This document shows, in pieces, positions 59,393 to 64,000 of a stretch of DNA of 64,000 bases. Location: contig JADYZH010000094.1 in NCBI GenBank assembly GCA_020853215.1, positions 10,976 through 74,975 of the forward strand. The letters run 5' to 3'. How positions within the stretch are numbered: position 1 is the stretch's first letter; each line of letters opens with the position of its first letter. Source of the DNA: Sulfuritalea sp. Lineage in GTDB: Bacteria; Pseudomonadota; Gammaproteobacteria; Burkholderiales; Rhodocyclaceae. The translations under genes and the position numbers were made by a program. The notes under the pieces were generated by a model, which had not been told where the DNA came from, searched no databases, and saw only the letters and a program-made list of their open reading frames with translations.

Positions 59393-60598
59393 TCAATTCT
59401 GGTCAATGTGAGTCAGCCACTTTCCGCCGTTTGCGGTAAAGGACTTTTCCTTATCCATAATTTCGACCTTGTGATTCCATGCGAATAGAAGCGCGGTGTC
59501 TGGAAAACGTTCGACGAAAGCGGCATACGGCTTCACTGGAATATGCATTCCAGGGCTGAACTTTCCCTGCTTGATCGGCGTGGTGTCAGAAATGAACTCG
59601 ATCAGATCGGGGCCGATGCAACAGTAGTTGAGGATGGTCGTGCTCTTGGAGGTTGCTCCGTATCCGACCACGCGTCTACCTGCCACTTTCTCCGCAACCA
59701 GAAGACGAACCAGGCGCTCCTTGGATTCTTCGCAAGCTTTGCGAAATTTTTCATAGGTTTTCGGCAGATGCAGGCACGCAGCCCTTTCTTCGCCAAGAAT
59801 CGTTTCAACTGCGGGCGACTTGCTACGCTCGCCCTTGCGAGCGAGGACGTAGCGCATTGAACCACCGTGCGTTTCCTGTTTAATCAAGTCGATGAGCTCA
59901 AAACCATATAGGCCGAAAATGTTGGCCACCGACAGTGCCGAAAAAATGAAAACGTGTTCGTCGTAGATCTGGTCGTACGAGGTTTTCTCGATCATGGCGC
60001 CCAGGTACGGATCCTCGAAAATCAGCACGCCATCCGGCTTCAAGAGCATTTCTGCCCCTTTGGCGATGCCGTGCATATCGGGAATATGGCACATGACATT
60101 TGCAGCAACCAGCGCATCGGCCTTGCCGTACTCCTTGACAATTTCAGCTGCGGTTTCGGGACCGAAGAATCGAACAATGGTATTGACGCCGTGCTTGCGA
60201 GCCTCATCTGCCACGTTGGCTGACGGCTCTACGCCGAGATGCCGAATGCCGCACCTGGCGAAATTCTCCAGCATGATGCCGTCGTTGCTGCCTATCTCAA
60301 CAACAAACGAATCGTCGCCACGCAGATGATGCTCACTAACCCATTCTGCATAAGCCTTGAAATGGCGCTGCATGTGTGCGGAAGTTCGCGAGAAAAAGGC
60401 ATACTGATCGTGAAACATCATTTCAGCTTCAGGTTGTTCCTCGATCTGGAACGTCAGGCACTTGTCGCAGAAAGCCGGTTTCAGTTCAAAGAAATATTCG
60501 TTGCCAAACTGCTCCGGCATCAGGAATCCATTGGCAATTGGCATCCTGCCGAAGGTCATGAACGGCCCGATAGTGTGTTCGCAGATTCTGCATTTCAT
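59393..60598 (-). CDS. NDP-hexose C-methyltransferase (TylC3/NovU/TcaB9 family)
   Basis: Zn site CRIC...CDKC, EIGSNDG, NVMCHIPD, YDQIYDEH, HGGSMR, GYGA..K, DTTP.KQG...PG.HIP. Confidence 0.9.
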   Translation of the reverse strand: MKCRICEHTIGPFMTFGRMPIANGFLMPEQFGNEYFFELKPAFCDKCLTFQIEEQPEAEMMFHDQYAFFSRTSAHMQRHFKAYAEWVSEHHLRGDDSFVVEIGSNDGIMLENFARCGIRHLGVEPSANVADEARKHGVNTIVRFFGPETAAEIVKEYGKADALVAANVMCHIPDMHGIAKGAEMLLKPDGVLIFEDPYLGAMIEKTSYDQIYDEHVFIFSALSVANIFGLYGFELIDLIKQETHGGSMRYVLARKGERSKSPAVETILGEERAACLHLPKTYEKFRKACEESKERLVRLLVAEKVAGRRVVGYGATSKSTTILNYCCIGPDLIEFISDTTPIKQGKFSPGMHIPVKPYAAFVERFPDTALLFAWNHKVEIMDKEKSFTANGGKWLTHIDQN

Positions 60599-60620
60599 AT
60601 TCGTACCTGTAATTTCAGTC

Positions 60621-61181
60621 TTAAATGTTCGGAAGTCTTGCTGGATCAATATCCTTCAATCTCGGATAGGAGGAATCGCGAGAAGTGATGGTCGGATTCG
60701 CCACCGGCCACTGAATGCCGAACTCCGGATCGTTCCACAAAACTCCAGCTTCATCGTCAGGGTAGTAATAATCCGTGCACTTGTACAGAATCTCGTTCTT
60801 CTCGCCTAAGGTGCAAAAGCCGTGCGCTACTCCTGGTGGTAGATACAGTTGCTGGTTGCTCTCGGCGGAAAGCATATAGGCGATGTGCTGACCAAAAGTT
60901 GGCGAGTTGCGTCTAAGATCGACGCCTACGTCAAATACGCACCCTTGCGTCACATAGATGAGGTGACCGATGGGGCTGCACACTTGATAATGCAGGCCGC
61001 GCACGACGCCCTTCTGCGAAAAAGACCTGTTGTCCTGCACGAACTCGATGTCTATTCCAGCAGCCGCATAGCGGCGGCGCTGATAGCTCTCAAGAAAAAA
61101 GCCTCGCTCGTCGCCGTACAAGTCAAGATCGATCAGCAAAGCTCCGGCTATCGCCGTATTCGTTGTCTTGATCACTTGCAT
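60621..61181 (-). CDS. rfbC: dTDP-4-dehydrorhamnose 3,5-epimerase
   Basis: DERGFFLE, FVQDN.S.S..GV.RGLHYQ, AHGF, YKCT.YY, WNDP. Confidence 0.93.
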   Translation of the reverse strand: MQVIKTTNTAIAGALLIDLDLYGDERGFFLESYQRRRYAAAGIDIEFVQDNRSFSQKGVVRGLHYQVCSPIGHLIYVTQGCVFDVGVDLRRNSPTFGQHIAYMLSAESNQQLYLPPGVAHGFCTLGEKNEILYKCTDYYYPDDEAGVLWNDPEFGIQWPVANPTITSRDSSYPRLKDIDPARLPNI

Positions 61182-61290
61182 TCAGTGAAACTTTGCGCTG
61201 TCATTGCAAGCACCGCAGGCTGATGATCGTATCTGTGACGGGAAAAGATTAGACGCCTGCAATAAGTGAATCGCTCCAAGTATTTTGGAT

Positions 61291-61623
61291 TCATGCCGAC
61301 GCCTCTTTTCCCACTTCGCGCCGGAGTTCCTCGATCTCGTTGCGTATGGCCTCGTATTCGGCGACTTTGTACTTGAGAAAACTGACGGTGAGACGGGCTT
61401 TTTCCTCAATACCGCTGGGAGTAAGCAGGTAGCTGTAGGCGAGTTTGTTGTCTGCGCGGCGGAAGTTGTCCATCTTTACGAGACCCTTCTGCATCAGCGC
61501 CTTAAGGCAATAATTGGTTTTGCCCAAGCTGACACCCATCGCCTTGGCCATTTCCCGCTGCTGAATGGCGGGGTTGGCTTCAATGAGTTTCAGTAGTTTG
61601 TAGTGATGGGGATCGGGTAACAC
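61291..61623 (-). CDS. MarR-family EPS-associated transcriptional regulator
   Basis: [26 protein letters not shown]....NK..Y.YLLTP.GI.EK. Confidence 0.92.
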   Translation of the reverse strand: MLPDPHHYKLLKLIEANPAIQQREMAKAMGVSLGKTNYCLKALMQKGLVKMDNFRRADNKLAYSYLLTPSGIEEKARLTVSFLKYKVAEYEAIRNEIEELRREVGKEASA

Positions 61624-61646
61624 TATAGACGTTGAGTAGCAGGGCG

Positions 61647-61663
61647 TGTTCAGAGATTGAACA
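61647..61663. promoter_or_regulatory. Palindromic operator candidate upstream of the EPS-MarR gene
   Basis: TGTTCA-GAGAT-TGAACA, 23 bp before the start codon. Confidence 0.55.
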
Positions 61664-61762
61664 GGAGCTTACAGGGCTGATCCGGTATTGGCAATACCTA
61701 TTGGTGCGGCCTCGCTTGTGCGCCGCGCCAAATCCGACCGCTGGACGGCAATTCATGGCGGC

Positions 61763-62644
61763 TCAAAGCTTGTCGCGCACCCGCAAATACCTTGGAAAGC
61801 GCGGCATGCCGTTTTTCGTCAGCTCGCGATAGCGATAGGTGACGAGCGTGCCGACCGGCGGTGGGTTGCGCCGAAGGGCGTCGCTCAGGCCGCTGCCCAG
61901 GGCAAAGCGGCGGCCATCGGGCATTTCCATTTGCAGTGCGCCGGTCAGGCCGGCATATTTCCCGTTGCCGGGCAGATGGGCGACCACCGTGGCCTCGGCA
62001 TCCAGCCACGGGGTCAGCTTGAGCAGGGCGCTGGAGCGGCCGGTTTCGTAGGCGGCATCTGCCCGGTGCAACATCAGCCCTTCGCCGCCCTGGCGGACGA
62101 TGTCGCGCAGCATTTTCTGCAGCGCAACCGCGTCGGCCAGGCGAAGTTGCGGCACGGCCTGCAGCCACGGCACATTTGCCGCCGCGGTGACGGCCTTGAT
62201 CCTTTCGGCGCGGTCGGTAAACGTGCCGGGGGCAGCGGGTAACTCGAAGATCATGTAGCGTACGCGACGCCATTCAGCATCGTCGGGCGTCTGGCGGCGG
62301 ACGATGGCCGACAGCTGGTCGAAACTGTCGCGCCCGAGCCAGAGTTCGCCGTCCAGCGGCTGTTTGGGCAGCGCATCGAGAAACCATTTTGGAGCTGGCA
62401 CCGGATTGCCGCTGCGAAAGCGGAGGACCTTGCCGTCCCAGACGGCGCGCACGCCGTCGAGCTTTTCGCTGACCCAGTAGAGCGAAACATCGATATCGTC
62501 GCGATAGCGCTCGGCGAGAAGAAAAGTCGGCGCTGGCGACACGGCGGCTGGCGCCAGCGTGAACGCGACTGTGGCAAGCAGGACGAAACACAGGCGAAAA
62601 ACCAGGTGCAAGCGGATGTCTCGATACCGGCTGTCAGCCGCCAT
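61763..62644 (-). CDS. Minimal ATP-dependent DNA ligase (Lig E type) with N-terminal export-like signal
   Basis: Motif [30 protein letters not shown]; OB-fold GSG.SD..R..PP.VG..VTYRY..LT..G.PRFP; hydrophobic N-terminus. Start uncertain. Confidence 0.9.
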   Translation of the reverse strand: MAADSRYRDIRLHLVFRLCFVLLATVAFTLAPAAVSPAPTFLLAERYRDDIDVSLYWVSEKLDGVRAVWDGKVLRFRSGNPVPAPKWFLDALPKQPLDGELWLGRDSFDQLSAIVRRQTPDDAEWRRVRYMIFELPAAPGTFTDRAERIKAVTAAANVPWLQAVPQLRLADAVALQKMLRDIVRQGGEGLMLHRADAAYETGRSSALLKLTPWLDAEATVVAHLPGNGKYAGLTGALQMEMPDGRRFALGSGLSDALRRNPPPVGTLVTYRYRELTKNGMPRFPRYLRVRDKL

Positions 62645-63569
62645 GCCGTGCCAAAAAATCCCGGTAGGCCAGCGCGATGCCTTCGCGCAGCGGGGTATGT
62701 GCCTGCCAGCCGATGTCGCGCAGGCGGCTGACATCAAGCAATTTGCGTGGCGTGCCGTCCGGCTTGCTGCTGTCGAACACGATGCTGCCGGCGAAACCGA
62801 CGACGGACATGACCGTCTCGGCCAGCTCGCGAATGGTGACATCCTTACCGGTACCGATGTTGTAGTAGCCATCGGTGACGCCCTTGTCTATCAGGAAGAC
62901 GCAGGCGTCCGCCAGATCGTCGACGTAAAGGAATTCCCGCATCGGCTGGCCGCTGCCCCAGACCAGCAGTTCGCCGTCGCCGCGCAGCTTCGCCTCGTGC
63001 GCCTTGCGGATCAGCGCCGGCAGGACGTGGCTGTTGGCCAGGTCGTAGTGGTCGTTGGGGCCGTAGAGGTTGGTCGGCATTACGGAGAAATACTGCGTGC
63101 CGTACTGGCGGTTGTAGCTTTCGCAGAGCTTGATGCCGGCGATCTTGGCAATCGCGTACGGCTCATTGGTCTGCTCCAGCGAACCGGTGAGAAGATAGTC
63201 TTCTCTTATGGGCTGCGGGCAGTCGCGCGGATAGATGCAGCTCGAGCCGAGGAAGCACAGGCGCCGCACTCCGGCCAGCCAGGCGCCATGGATCAGGTTG
63301 GCCTCGACCATCAGGTTCTGGTAGATGAAGTCCGCGCGCAGCGTGTTGTTGGCGTGGATGCCGCCGACGATGGCCGCTGCGATGAAGATGAAGTCGGGCT
63401 TTTCCCGGGCCAGGAAGGCGTGCGTCGCGGCCTGGTCAAGCAGGTCGAGTTCCGCCCGGGTGCGGGTGAGAATGTTCGTGTAGCCGTCCTGCTGCAGCCG
63501 GCGCACCAGGGCGGAGCCGACCATACCGCGATGGCCGGCGACGTAAATCTTCGCCGCAGTTTCCATCAT
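62634..63569 (-). CDS. fcl: GDP-L-fucose synthase
   Basis: [55 protein letters not shown]. Confidence 0.97.
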   Translation of the reverse strand: MMETAAKIYVAGHRGMVGSALVRRLQQDGYTNILTRTRAELDLLDQAATHAFLAREKPDFIFIAAAIVGGIHANNTLRADFIYQNLMVEANLIHGAWLAGVRRLCFLGSSCIYPRDCPQPIREDYLLTGSLEQTNEPYAIAKIAGIKLCESYNRQYGTQYFSVMPTNLYGPNDHYDLANSHVLPALIRKAHEAKLRGDGELLVWGSGQPMREFLYVDDLADACVFLIDKGVTDGYYNIGTGKDVTIRELAETVMSVVGFAGSIVFDSSKPDGTPRKLLDVSRLRDIGWQAHTPLREGIALAYRDFLARHGG

Positions 63570-63576
63570 TTATCCA

Positions 63577-63999
63577 TCACTCGTGATGATCCATGGCCTG
63601 GTAGCCATGCTTCTTGATCAGTTCGTCGCGCTCCGCGGCCTTGAGGTCCTCGCGCACCATTTCGGCGACGAGTTGGGTGAAAGTGATCTTCGGTGTCCAT
63701 CCCAGTTTTTCGCGTGCCTTGGTGGCGTCGCCGAGCAGGGTTTCGACTTCGGTGGGCCGGAAATAGCGCGGATCGACCTGGACGATGCACTTGCCCTGGG
63801 CATCGTAGCCCTTCTCGTCGACTCCGCTGCCGCGCCAGGTCACGGCAATGCCGATCTCGGCCGCCGCCGCATCGACGAAATCGCGCACGCTGTATTGCAC
63901 GCCGGTGGCGATGACGAAGTCCTCGGCCTGGCTCTGCTGCAGCATCAGCCACTGCATCTCGACGTAATCTTTCGCATGTCCCCAGTCGCGGCGGGCCGA
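63577..63999 (-). CDS. gmd: GDP-mannose 4,6-dehydratase (3' part; 5' end outside window)
   Basis: [42 protein letters not shown]. Confidence 0.96.
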   Translation of the reverse strand, partial: SARRDWGHAKDYVEMQWLMLQQSQAEDFVIATGVQYSVRDFVDAAAAEIGIAVTWRGSGVDEKGYDAQGKCIVQVDPRYFRPTEVETLLGDATKAREKLGWTPKITFTQLVAEMVREDLKAAERDELIKKHGYQAMDHHE

Positions 64000-64000
64000 G

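Overview
High-GC betaproteobacterial chromosome segment; gene order and protein sequences suggest Rhodocyclales/Sterolibacteriaceae (inference). It has three parts. (1) 1-~4.77 kb is the right end of a genomic island integrated at the 3' end of ychF. It carries an intact P4-type tyrosine integrase, repeated TACCCGG arm-type sites and a tightly packed four-gene cargo of unknown function (Mrr-like/CFI-box protein, membrane-anchored protein, HEAT/LRV-repeat protein, TPR protein). (2) ~4.75-37.5 kb is conserved core: ychF-pth-rplY-prs-tRNA-Gln-ispE-lolB-TPR, mutM, coaD/rsmD, an M16 peptidase pair, ftsYEX, rpoH with a perfect CIRCE, an A1-type cytochrome c oxidase cluster with an FNR box but no heme A synthase gene, mpl, aroQ-accBC-prmA and apaH. 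(3) 37.5-64 kb is a large minus-strand surface-glycan locus. It has a bacillosamine-type initiation module, GDP-fucose genes with an alpha-1,2-fucosyltransferase, three DegT aminotransferases, a sulfotransferase, several methyltransferases, Wzx and an embedded Lig E-type DNA ligase. The most unusual item is a 957-aa fusion of a GT-C/Wzy-like membrane domain to a MurJ-like flippase, with an in-frame C11 tract near its 5' end. No searches were run; all family calls come from motif recognition.
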